DNA of 64,000 nucleotides, taken from assembly GCA_038237075.1 (NCBI GenBank), contig JBBRZC010000001.1:2959-66958 (forward strand), read 5' to 3'. The notes below the pieces were generated by a model that saw nothing but the letters and a program-made list of their open reading frames with translations, was not told the DNA's origin and made no database searches. This stretch comes from Actinomycetales bacterium (GTDB lineage: Bacteria; Actinomycetota; Actinomycetes; Actinomycetales; Dermatophilaceae). Both the position numbers and the translations under genes were made by a program. Below, one piece after another: positions 40,678 through 49,251 of the stretch (its first letter is position 1; every line of letters starts with the position of its first letter).

Positions 40678-41940
40678 TCACCGGCCGACGGTGCGACGCC
40701 CGGCTCGCCGCGAGAACTCGTCGATCGCAGTGATCACCTGGGGTGCCAGCCAGACGCGGTTGCGTCGCGCGTCCGATGTCGCGGTGAGCACTCCCGCGTG
40801 GACCAGGGTGTCGATCGCGGTACGCGCCGCACGGGTGCTGATCTGCAGGTCGGCGGCGACCCTCTCCGCGTTGACGACCGGCTGCGCGAACAGCAGGTCA
40901 GCAAGTCGCCACGCGGAGGAGTCGGACCGCGCGGTGATCTGGTCCATCCAGGCGGTGCGGATCTGCACGATGTCGTCGGACAACCGGCGGCCGTTGACGA
41001 CAGCCGCCAGGGCTGCGTGCGACATCTCCTGCACGATGGGGTCCACGTCGCCGTCCCTGTACGCGGTCAGCGCCGCGAAGTACCGGGCGGGCGAGCGCAG
41101 CAGGCCTGCTGACACCGGCACGGTGGTATGCCGGGTGACCCCGTGGGAACGCAGCACGGTGTGCACCAGGACGCGACCAGTACGTCCGTTGCCATCCACG
41201 AACGGGTGGATCGTCTCGAACTGGGCGTGCAGAAGTGCAGCGTGGGCGATCGGCGGGATGTCTGCTCGATGGGAGAACGCGACCAGGTCGCCGATGAGGG
41301 CAGGCACCCGGTCGGCATGTGGAGGGACGAAGTCTGCCCAGTGCGGACTCAGGCCTGAGCTTCCGATCCAGACCTGCTCGTCCCGCCACGCTCCGGCGAC
41401 CTCAAGGCTGGAGTCGGACATCAGGTTCGAGTGGACGGCCAGGATCGTCTGGTCGTCCACCTGGTCCCCCGCGTCCATGGCGGCGCGCATCGCCCGGGCG
41501 TTGGAGACGATCAGCCTGGCGTTCGACTTGTTGCCGACGCCGAGCTCGGCCAGGGCGATGTTCCGGGCGTTTGAGGTCAGGTGCTCGATCTGGGAGCTCG
41601 ATGCTGACTCGGTGCGCAGCAAGACGGTCGGCATCGGCACCGGAAGAGTCGCCATCTGCGCGTCGAAGCGAATCACCTCACCCACCGCATCCTGGTGCAG
41701 GGCGAGGGTCTCCGGCGCAAGGTCAACCGCCAGGTCGGCCACCATTGGCGGGACTGCGGCCTTGTAGGGACCGGACATCCGGATCCGCTGAAGAACGTCC
41801 GCGTGACCTTCGTTGACCGTGGACGTCCACTCTCGATCCTCGTACTCGAGGGCTGGCCAGGCTCGTCGCTGGCCGCCGCGGTGAACGTCACGTTCACCCC
41901 GGCTCGAGTGAGGTCTCTGAGGTTGGCCCGGGTCGATCAT
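40678..41940 (-). CDS. Fic domain protein with C-terminal winged HTH (start codon uncertain)
   Basis: Canonical HPFVDGNGRTGR; N-terminal SSSQIEH inhibitory-helix-like motif; C-terminal VNAERVAADLQIS..IDTLVHAGVL. Confidence 0.9.
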   Translation of the reverse strand: MIDPGQPQRPHSSRGERDVHRGGQRRAWPALEYEDREWTSTVNEGHADVLQRIRMSGPYKAAVPPMVADLAVDLAPETLALHQDAVGEVIRFDAQMATLPVPMPTVLLRTESASSSQIEHLTSNARNIALAELGVGNKSNARLIVSNARAMRAAMDAGDQVDDQTILAVHSNLMSDSSLEVAGAWRDEQVWIGSSGLSPHWADFVPPHADRVPALIGDLVAFSHRADIPPIAHAALLHAQFETIHPFVDGNGRTGRVLVHTVLRSHGVTRHTTVPVSAGLLRSPARYFAALTAYRDGDVDPIVQEMSHAALAAVVNGRRLSDDIVQIRTAWMDQITARSDSSAWRLADLLFAQPVVNAERVAADLQISTRAARTAIDTLVHAGVLTATSDARRNRVWLAPQVITAIDEFSRRAGRRTVGR

Positions 41941-42005
41941 GGAGATCCTTCCCGTTTGCTCCGCGTTGCGGAACCTTCACTCGCACTCTTGCGCAAGCGA
42001 GAGTC

Positions 42006-42037
42006 TTACGGAAGGGTAATCAGATAGCCTACCGTAA
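42006..42037. promoter_or_regulatory. Inverted repeat in the AT-rich fic / peptidase divergent region
   Basis: ttacggaagg-N12-cctaccgtaa (1 mismatch); second palindrome cttgcgcaag at 41988-41997. Confidence 0.5.
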
Positions 42038-42198
42038 TGATCTTCGATAGGGACGGCTACGGGCCTCGCGAGGTCGAACCGGTGGAGGTCCTGATGGGCG
42101 AGACTGCCGGTGTGCTTGAGTACGCGCGAGGAGTGAGGGGTTTACGCTCAGATGCGAGCGTGTGTGAATCGTTCACGCCGCGCGAGAAGCGAGCCACC

Positions 42199-43635
42199 AT
42201 GGCCGAGCCCAGGACGTCCGCCCCGAGCACCGACACTCCGTCCGTCACGGCACCGCCCGACGTGCCGCCGGCGGTGCGCCGGTTGGTCGCCTCGCTGCGC
42301 CCCGGACGTCGGGCCGTCATCGGCGCCGGAGTCGGCGCCACCGCCGGCCTGGCCCTCGGCGCACCACAGGTCCTGGCCGCCGGCGTCACCACCGCACCGG
42401 CCGCCTCGGCCGCGGCGGCCGGCTCGTTCGTGCCCGCCGTCGCTCCGCGGCGCCGGGTCCAGTTCCTCGGGTTCGACTCCCGGACCTTCGCGCGGGGCAC
42501 CTTTGTCGGCGCCGCCACCGGCCCCGACGGGCTCTACCTCGACCACCCCCAGTCGCGGCGCCAGTACGTCGACCCGGGCGGCGCGACGGCCGTCTACGAC
42601 CAGGCCACCTGGGTCTCGCCGGTGACGGCCACGGCCTTCGCCTTCGCCGAGCGCGTCGCCTCCTGGAACGCGGACACGCCGAACGGGACCTGGGTCGAAG
42701 TGCTCGTCCGGGGCACCAACGAGACGGGCACGTCAACCGGCTCCTTCGTCCTGGGCCGATGGTGCTCCGCCGACCCCGCCGACGGCGGGGCGATCCACCG
42801 GACCAGCGTCAACGGGCAGATCACCGGGGTGGCCCAGGTGCTCACGGACACGCTGCAGACCCGCGGCGCCCACCGGCTGCACGACTGGCAGCTCACCGTC
42901 AACCTGCTCCGCCGCGCCGGCACGACCGTGACGCCGACGGTGTCGCTCGTCAGCGCGGTCGTCTCCGACGGCGGGCTCGGCCCCGTCAGCGGCGCCAGTG
43001 CACCAGGACCGGCGCGCGGCGTGACGCTGCCTGTGCCGACGCTGTCGCAGGAGGTGCACCGGGGCCACTACCCGCAGTGGGACAACGGGGGAGAGGCGTG
43101 GTGCTCGGCGACCTCGACGGCCATGGTGCTCGCCTACTGGGGAGCCGCCCCGAGTGCCGCTGCCACGGCGTGGGTCCAGCCCGCGGTCGACGCCCAGCTG
43201 GACTACACCGCCCGCAACGTCTACGACTACGCCTACCAGGGGTGCGGCAACTGGCCATTCAACACGGCGTATGCCGCGCGGCCCGGGCTCGAGGGGTTCG
43301 TCACCCGGCTGCCCAGCTTCACCGAGCTCGAGGTGTACGTCGCTTCCGGGGTCCCGGTCGTCATCTCGGTCTCCTTCGCCAAGGGGGCGCTGACCGGCGC
43401 CGGGTACGGCACCAACGGCCACCTCATGGTCGTCGTCGGTTTCACGCCCGCCGGCGACGTCGTCGTCAACGACCCGGCGTCGCACCTCGTTGCCGACGAC
43501 AACCGGGTCCGGGTGACCTACCGACGCCACCAGCTCGAGAAGGCCTGGCTCGACGGGTCCGGCGGCACGGCATACGTCATCCGTCCGCGGGCCGTCCGCT
43601 CGCATGTCGCGTTGCCGCTCCACCGGGCGTTCTGA
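42199..43635 (+). CDS. Secreted C39-like cysteine peptidase
   Basis: Tat-like GRRAVIG plus hydrophobic signal; Q..EAWCSATSTAMVL (Cys), GHLMVVVGF (His), VVNDP (Asp). Confidence 0.85.
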   Translation: MAEPRTSAPSTDTPSVTAPPDVPPAVRRLVASLRPGRRAVIGAGVGATAGLALGAPQVLAAGVTTAPAASAAAAGSFVPAVAPRRRVQFLGFDSRTFARGTFVGAATGPDGLYLDHPQSRRQYVDPGGATAVYDQATWVSPVTATAFAFAERVASWNADTPNGTWVEVLVRGTNETGTSTGSFVLGRWCSADPADGGAIHRTSVNGQITGVAQVLTDTLQTRGAHRLHDWQLTVNLLRRAGTTVTPTVSLVSAVVSDGGLGPVSGASAPGPARGVTLPVPTLSQEVHRGHYPQWDNGGEAWCSATSTAMVLAYWGAAPSAAATAWVQPAVDAQLDYTARNVYDYAYQGCGNWPFNTAYAARPGLEGFVTRLPSFTELEVYVASGVPVVISVSFAKGALTGAGYGTNGHLMVVVGFTPAGDVVVNDPASHLVADDNRVRVTYRRHQLEKAWLDGSGGTAYVIRPRAVRSHVALPLHRAF

Positions 43636-43646
43636 GGCGTGCGCAA

Positions 43647-44015
43647 GTGAGCTCAGCCGTCCCGCCCGGGTGGCCGCCGTCGGTGCCGCCGCCGCACTCG
43701 CCGGGCTGGGAGGACAAGGCGGTGGGCTGGCTGCTCGACCACTGCCCACCCGACTACCGCGCGTATGCCGGGTGGCGCAAGAACCCGATCGCGCTCGCCT
43801 GGCTCGCCGACCGGCACATCGACGGGCAGGTGGCCGCGATGCGGCAGGCCTACCGGGAGGCCCGGGTCGAGCTCGGCCCGCACGTCACGACGGAGGCGCT
43901 GGCCGAGATCCTGGCCAACCTCGAGGCAGAGGGCCTGCGGCTCGTGGCGGCCAAGCGCAGCGCCGCCCTGGTGCTCGAGGCGATGCAGGGCAAGCACTTC
44001 GTCCCGCGCCTCTGA
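43647..44015 (+). CDS. Conserved actinobacterial hypothetical protein
   Basis: GWP..VPPP..GWE..AVGWLLDHCPPDYR..F.PRL; GTG at 43647. Confidence 0.8.
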   Translation: MSSAVPPGWPPSVPPPHSPGWEDKAVGWLLDHCPPDYRAYAGWRKNPIALAWLADRHIDGQVAAMRQAYREARVELGPHVTTEALAEILANLEAEGLRLVAAKRSAALVLEAMQGKHFVPRL

Positions 44016-44044
44016 CGGCGCGGCCGCCGACAGACCGCCCGCCG

Positions 44045-44205
44045 CCCTCGTGGCGTCGAGCGTCGTCAAGACGTACGGCCCGCCCGCGCCGGAGAGGTCG
44101 CCCGCTCGGCGGCGTCAGCCTCACCATCCATGAGGGCGAGCATCGCCATCATGGGCCCCTCCGGCTCCGGCAAGACGACGCTGCTGCACATCCTCACGGG
44201 ATCAC
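44045..44205 (+). pseudogene. 5' remnant of an ABC transporter ATP-binding gene
   Basis: LVASSVVKTYG / GGVSLTIHEGE / IAIMGPSGSGKTTLLHIL fall in three frames; Walker A is intact; truncated. Confidence 0.8.
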
Positions 44206-44238
44206 GGCCCCGCGAGCGGCTCGGTCACCTGTCAGGGC

Positions 44239-44514
44239 TCATGCTCTCGCGAGATACTCACTCAGAGCGCGGCGCATGACTTCAGAGACGGTGACCCCGT
44301 CGGCGGCGGCCCGCTGTGCGGCCTCGACTCGCAGGGCAGGCTCGAGACGAACTGATTCCACCGACATGGCTGCATCGCCCAGGGGCGGACGCCCAGGGCC
44401 GCGGCGATGGCCCTGGAGATGACCGGACTTGTAGCCTCGTTCGGCTTCGTCCGCCAGGTTCTCGATCAGCTCGTGGTTGATCGGCTTCCCGTTCTGACAT
44501 CGGAGTCGAGACAA
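44239..44514 (-). CDS. Ribbon-helix-helix (CopG-like) protein, N-terminus probably damaged
   Basis: LADEAERGY..GRPPLG..SVRLEPALR..AAADGVTVSEVMRRALSEYL; alternative ATG at about 44537 is in another frame. Confidence 0.65.
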   Translation of the reverse strand: MSRLRCQNGKPINHELIENLADEAERGYKSGHLQGHRRGPGRPPLGDAAMSVESVRLEPALRVEAAQRAAADGVTVSEVMRRALSEYLARA

Positions 44515-44726
44515 AAGGTGGTCTTACGTCGGCTCATTCGTTCAGGATCTCCACACCGTCATGACGTCAAGACGGCACCCCCCCTTTCATGGGTCCCGAA
44601 GCGGAGTCAGAGGTGACGCGGTGCGCGATCTCGGGACAACGACAAGGGTGCGTCCCGCGAGAGAGCTCACAGGACTGCTGATATCAATGGGCCGTGCCCA
44701 GCTCGCGCAGTGAGCGAACCTCCGGA

Positions 44727-45461
44727 ATGATCCGCGGGCTGTCATTCGGGTCGGTCGCGGACCAGTACGAGCGCTACCGGCTCGACTACCCCAACGAGGT
44801 CGTCGACACGGTGCTGCGGTACGCGGGACGGCCCCTGCGTTCCGCACTCGAGGTCGGCGCGGGTACCGGGAAGGCGACCCGGCTCTTCGCTGCGCGAGGC
44901 ATCCACGTCACCGCGCTCGAACCCGACGCCAAGATGGCGCACGTCCTCGAGAGAACAACCCGCGGGCTGCCGGTGGCGCATGTGGTGACCGCCTTCGAGC
45001 AGTTCGAAACCGCTCGCCGGTTCGAGCTGGTCTTCGCCGCGGCGGCCTGGCACTGGACCGACCCGGCGACCAGGTGGGTCCGCGCCGTCGAGCTGCTCGT
45101 CCCCGACGGCGTGCTCGCGCTGTTCGGCAGCCCGGTCCAGCTGGCGGACCCGGTCCTCGCCGCAGCCGTACACGAGATCGAGAAGCAGGTGATTCCGGAC
45201 GACGACCCGGCCGTCACCCACCCGTGGTCGATCGAGGAGATGACTGTTGCCGGCGGCCTCATCGACTGCGAGCACTGCGAGCTGGCCCGCGTCGTGACGA
45301 CGACGTCCGCCGACGTCGTGGGGCGCCTCGCCACCGTCTCGGCCTACCTGGCGCTCAGTCCTACGGCGCGCGCCGAGGCCCTGCGCCTTGTCGGCGCGGT
45401 TCTTCCCGACGATGTCCAGATCGACGCCACGGTGCAGCTATGGCTCGCCCGACGCCGTTGA
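44727..45461 (+). CDS. Class I SAM-dependent methyltransferase
   Basis: SFGSVADQYERYR.DYP, LEVGAGTGKAT, ALEPD, AAAWHW. Confidence 0.88.
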   Translation: MIRGLSFGSVADQYERYRLDYPNEVVDTVLRYAGRPLRSALEVGAGTGKATRLFAARGIHVTALEPDAKMAHVLERTTRGLPVAHVVTAFEQFETARRFELVFAAAAWHWTDPATRWVRAVELLVPDGVLALFGSPVQLADPVLAAAVHEIEKQVIPDDDPAVTHPWSIEEMTVAGGLIDCEHCELARVVTTTSADVVGRLATVSAYLALSPTARAEALRLVGAVLPDDVQIDATVQLWLARRR

Positions 45462-45690
45462 CCAGCGTCCTTGACCACGCAGGGGAGAAGCCGACGACCG
45501 CGACATCGACCTCCCGACCGGACTCGTAGCGGCAGTGCCGTGACCCGAACCCCGCGACGGAGGTGCCCGACAGGACCGCCGGCTCGCCGGTCGCCTCGTG
45601 CATCAGCTCGACCAGGAGGTGCGCATCCCCCGCGCGACCGCGCAGCCGAGACGACGGCGAGCTCGTCCCGCGCCCGGACGGCAGTTCCAT
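45462..45690 (-). pseudogene. DUF1801 (YdhG-like) gene fragment
   Basis: DAHLLVELMHEATGEPAVLSGTSVAGFGSRHCRYESGREVDVAVVGFSP resembles the DUF1801 core; both ends lost. Confidence 0.6.
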
Positions 45691-45723
45691 GGGTGCGACG
45701 GTCGTCGTCAGAGCGAGCCCGGT

Positions 45724-45758
45724 GCATCCAGGGCTCCCTGTGAGGGAACCCTGGATGC
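45724..45758 (-). terminator. Hairpin downstream of the sugar ABC operon
   Basis: gcatccaggg (45724-45733) pairs with ccctggatgc (45749-45758), 5 bp past the stop at 45764. Confidence 0.7.
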
Positions 45759-45763
45759 CTCGG

Positions 45764-46681
45764 TCAGCCCTTGACGCCGCCCTCGTTGCCACCGGTGACG
45801 AAGTACCGCTGGAAGGCGAAGAAGAGGATGGCCACGGGGATCGTCGTCAGCAGGGCGGCGCCCATCTTGAGCGGGAACTGGAGTCCGGACCCGAGAGAGC
45901 CGCTGGTGAGGCTGGCCAGCCCGGTGATGAGGGTCTTGTGCTCGGGGCTCTGCGTGACCACGAGGAAGTGGCTGAACTCGTTCCACGACCCCTGGAAGGC
46001 GAGGATCGTCAGCGTGATGAGCGCCGGCCGGGCCATCGGGAGCACCACCGACCAGAAGGTCCGAAAGACCCCGGCCCCGTCCATCCGCGCCGCCTCCTCG
46101 ATCGAGACCGGCACCGAGTCGAAGAACTGCTTCATGATGAAGACACCGGCGGCGTCCACGAGCAGCGGCAGGATCATCGCGGTATACGTGTCATAGATGC
46201 CGAGATAGGTCACGATGAGGAACTTCGGCACCAGCAGCGCGACTCCGGGCACGCTCATGACCGCGAGCACGGCCGCGAAGAGCGCGTTGCGCCCGCGGAA
46301 GTGCAGGCGCGACAGCGCATACCCGGCAAGGCTGTCGAAGAAGACCCGCGAGGCCGTGACGATGACGGTCACGAGGACCGAGTTGCCGAGCCAGGTCATG
46401 ATCGGCACCGACGTGTCCACCGAGCCGATGCCGAACATCCGTTTCCATGCCGTCAGGTCGAACGGGTTCGGGATCAGCGACAGCGGGTTGGCTGCCGCCT
46501 GCGGGTCGTCCTTGAAGGACGTCGCGATCTGGATCGCGAAGGGGTAGAGGTAGATGACCGCGAAGATGACCAGCACGGCATACCCGGCGAGCTTCTTGCT
46601 GCCGGCGTTGCGCACGTGACGCAGGTCGGAGTCGCGGACCTCGCTCGGCTGGTCCTTCTTCGGGATGGTCGCCGTGCTCAT
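45764..46681 (-). CDS. Carbohydrate ABC transporter permease (MalG-like)
   Basis: EAA motif SIEEAARMDGAG, LAGYALSR, AFQGSWNEF. Confidence 0.93.
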   Translation of the reverse strand: MSTATIPKKDQPSEVRDSDLRHVRNAGSKKLAGYAVLVIFAVIYLYPFAIQIATSFKDDPQAAANPLSLIPNPFDLTAWKRMFGIGSVDTSVPIMTWLGNSVLVTVIVTASRVFFDSLAGYALSRLHFRGRNALFAAVLAVMSVPGVALLVPKFLIVTYLGIYDTYTAMILPLLVDAAGVFIMKQFFDSVPVSIEEAARMDGAGVFRTFWSVVLPMARPALITLTILAFQGSWNEFSHFLVVTQSPEHKTLITGLASLTSGSLGSGLQFPLKMGAALLTTIPVAILFFAFQRYFVTGGNEGGVKG

Positions 46682-47805
46682 CGGCGTGCTCCTGTCGTGG
46701 CGGTGTCGGTCGGCGTGGCTGCGGCGGTGGCGCCGGAGGAGGATGCTCCGGCCAGGGTGCTGCGCCGGCGCCACCGGCTCGGCTTCTTGTCCTCGCGCAT
46801 GACCCGCCGCTGGAACCAGGTAAGGATGACGATGATGAGGAAGACGACGAAGGCCATCGCCGCGCCGGAGCCGTATTTCAGCGACGTGAAGCTCTGGTTG
46901 TAGGACAGGAACGCGGGGGTCATCGTCGTCCCGTCCGGGTTGCCCTTGCCCATCACGTAGATCTGGTCGAACACCTGCCATGTCCCGATGAGGCCGAGGG
47001 TCACGACGAGGAAGATCGCCGGCCGCAGCATGGGGACCGTGACGAGGCGGAACTTCTGCCACGCGGAGACGCCGTCGAGGGCGGCGGCCTCGTCGACCTC
47101 GACGGGCAGGTCCTGCAGGGCCGCGAGGAACATGAGCATGAAGGTGCCGGTCGTCGTCCAGATCGCGAGGATGATGATGACGCACATGGCGACCGATGGG
47201 CCGGCGAGCCACTCCCAGAGGGTCCGGCCGAAGATCTCGCCCTGAGCCCACGAGGGGTTGTCGGCGCCGAACAGCCCGAGGAACAGGTGCAGGAGGCCGC
47301 GCGAGTCGGCGAACCACTGCGGGCCGGTGATCCCGAACAGCTTGAGGAAGGCGTTGACCGCGCCCGAGTTCGAGAAGAGGAAGAGGAAGACCGTGGAGAT
47401 CGCGATCGAGCTCGTCACCGAGGGGAAGTAGAACGCCGTCCGGAAGAAGCTCTTGCCCTTGAGCAGCTTGTTGTTGACGACGAGCGCGAGGAGCAGCGAG
47501 GTGATGGTCTGGAGCGGCACCACGAGGAGCACGTAGTAGAAGGTGTTGCCGATCGACTGCATGAACGTGCTCCGGGTCAGGCCGTCCTTGAGGAACAGGT
47601 CGGTGTAGTTCGAGACCCCGACGAACTTGGCGGTCTCGCCGCCCCCGAACGGGTTGCCGTTCCCGCCCCAGCTGGTGAGGCTCACCCAGAAGGCCATGAG
47701 CACGGGGATGAAGAGGAACAGGCCGAGGATGACGATCACCGGGGCGGTGAAGAGCCACCCCGCGATGCCCTCACGGCCGTGGATACCGCTCTTGCTACGA
47801 CGCAT
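46678..47805 (-). CDS. Carbohydrate ABC transporter permease (MalF-like)
   Basis: FFRTAFYFPSV, LAALQDLP..DEAAALDG, YGSGAAMA. Confidence 0.93.
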   Translation of the reverse strand: MRRSKSGIHGREGIAGWLFTAPVIVILGLFLFIPVLMAFWVSLTSWGGNGNPFGGGETAKFVGVSNYTDLFLKDGLTRSTFMQSIGNTFYYVLLVVPLQTITSLLLALVVNNKLLKGKSFFRTAFYFPSVTSSIAISTVFLFLFSNSGAVNAFLKLFGITGPQWFADSRGLLHLFLGLFGADNPSWAQGEIFGRTLWEWLAGPSVAMCVIIILAIWTTTGTFMLMFLAALQDLPVEVDEAAALDGVSAWQKFRLVTVPMLRPAIFLVVTLGLIGTWQVFDQIYVMGKGNPDGTTMTPAFLSYNQSFTSLKYGSGAAMAFVVFLIIVILTWFQRRVMREDKKPSRWRRRSTLAGASSSGATAAATPTDTATTGARR

Positions 47806-47820
47806 GGCGCTCTCTCCTTG

Positions 47821-47862
47821 CGGACGGCATACAGGCCGGGGGACTGGCCCGTATGCCGTCCG
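47821..47862. repeat. Hairpin formed by an inverted pair of CGGCATAC octamers between the binding-protein and permease genes
   Basis: cggacggcatac (47821-47832) ... gtatgccgtccg (47851-47862), perfect 12-bp arms. Confidence 0.85.
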
Positions 47863-47880
47863 GTCGCGGTCGGGGGTCGG

Positions 47881-49143
47881 TCAGCCCGCGAGGGCTGCAG
47901 TGCCGTTCTTCTGCAGCTCGGCGAGCATCGCCTTCGGGTCGCCGCCCTTGCTCAGCGTCGCCATGCTGGAGTTGAACTTCTTGATGACCGGGTCGAGCCC
48001 GGGGGCGTTGACCGCGCCCTGGCCATAGTCGCCGCCCGCGGCGAACGGCACGTCGGCGGGGTACTGGGTCTTGAACGCGGCGATCCCGTCCTCGGTTGAG
48101 GGCATCGGGCCGAACGCCTTGGTGAAGGCGAGCTGCTGGTCGGTGCTGGTGAGGAACTTGACGAGGTCTACGGCCGCGGCCTGGTGCTGGCTCTTGGCGG
48201 CGATGGCCCAGCAGTTGCTGAACTCCAGCGTGCCCTTGCCCCCGGGGCCCGTGGGCAGCTCGACCACCTTGAACTTGACGCCCGGGTAGTCCTTGGACAT
48301 CGCGCCCTTGATCCAGTTGCCCTCGATGGTCATCGCTCCGATGGCCTTGCCGAAGGCCTCGCCGCCCCAGCCTGCGGCGGGCGTCGTGTCGGTGTTGAAC
48401 TTGAGCGAGCCGTCGGTCATCAGCTTCTTGATCTGCTCGAGGCCGGCAAGGTTGCCGGGCTGGTCGGCCGTCATCTTCTTGCCGTCGGCCGAGATGACCC
48501 AGCCTCCGGCCTGCTTCATGAAGGCACCGCCGCGGTTGATGTCGTTGCCGATGACGAGCCCGGTGACCGGTCCGCTGGTGAGCTTCTTGGCGACGGTCTC
48601 GAGCGAGGCCCAGTCCTTGGGCACGTCGGCGTCGGTGAGCCCGGCCTTGGTCCACAGGTCGGTGTTGATGACCAGCGCGAGCGTGGAGTAGTCCTTCGGC
48701 GCGCACTGGAGCTTGCCGTCGTAGGTGAAGGTCTGCACCAGCGTCGGCAGGAACTTCATGCTGCCCATCTGGTCGCCGTAGGCGTAGAGGTACCCGGCCT
48801 TGGCGAAGTCACCGATGCGGGTGTCCGCGCCGTAGAAGACGTCCGGCGGTGCGCCGCCCGCGAAGGCCTGGCCGAGCTGCTGGTCCATGTTGGCGGCTGC
48901 GGTCACCTCGACGGTGTTGCCGCTCTTCTTCCCCCACGCGGCGGTGGCCGCCTTGACCGCGTTGGTCTCCGCATCGCCCGAGCTCGCGATGAGCATCTTG
49001 AGGGCCACTGGTCCCGAGGCCGGGGCCTGGGTGGCCGCCGGCTGGCTGAAGCCACCGCCGCTCGAGCAGGCCGCCAGAGCCAGCGTCCCGACGGCGCCGA
49101 GGGCCACGGCGGCACTCATCGACCGAGTCTTCCTTGACTGCAT
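47881..49143 (-). CDS. Sugar ABC transporter substrate-binding lipoprotein
   Basis: Lipobox LAAC; PPDVFY, YDGKLQCAPKDYS, AMTIEGNW; RBS caggag. Confidence 0.93.
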   Translation of the reverse strand: MQSRKTRSMSAAVALGAVGTLALAACSSGGGFSQPAATQAPASGPVALKMLIASSGDAETNAVKAATAAWGKKSGNTVEVTAAANMDQQLGQAFAGGAPPDVFYGADTRIGDFAKAGYLYAYGDQMGSMKFLPTLVQTFTYDGKLQCAPKDYSTLALVINTDLWTKAGLTDADVPKDWASLETVAKKLTSGPVTGLVIGNDINRGGAFMKQAGGWVISADGKKMTADQPGNLAGLEQIKKLMTDGSLKFNTDTTPAAGWGGEAFGKAIGAMTIEGNWIKGAMSKDYPGVKFKVVELPTGPGGKGTLEFSNCWAIAAKSQHQAAAVDLVKFLTSTDQQLAFTKAFGPMPSTEDGIAAFKTQYPADVPFAAGGDYGQGAVNAPGLDPVIKKFNSSMATLSKGGDPKAMLAELQKNGTAALAG

Positions 49144-49251
49144 GGTGATTCTCCTGTTCACCGGCGGAGCCGGGGTGGGGTGGCGCAGGTGCGCCGGGAT
49201 GCGGACGACGTGCGGTCGGTGGGTGGGTGGGTCCGGGTGGGCTGCCGGTGG

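Noticed and set aside
47851-47862. Resemblance of GTATGCCGTC to the Neisseria extended DUS (ATGCCGTCTGAA)
   Set aside because: Only a 6-8 nt GC-rich overlap and the TCTGAA half is never present; treated as coincidence, not homology.
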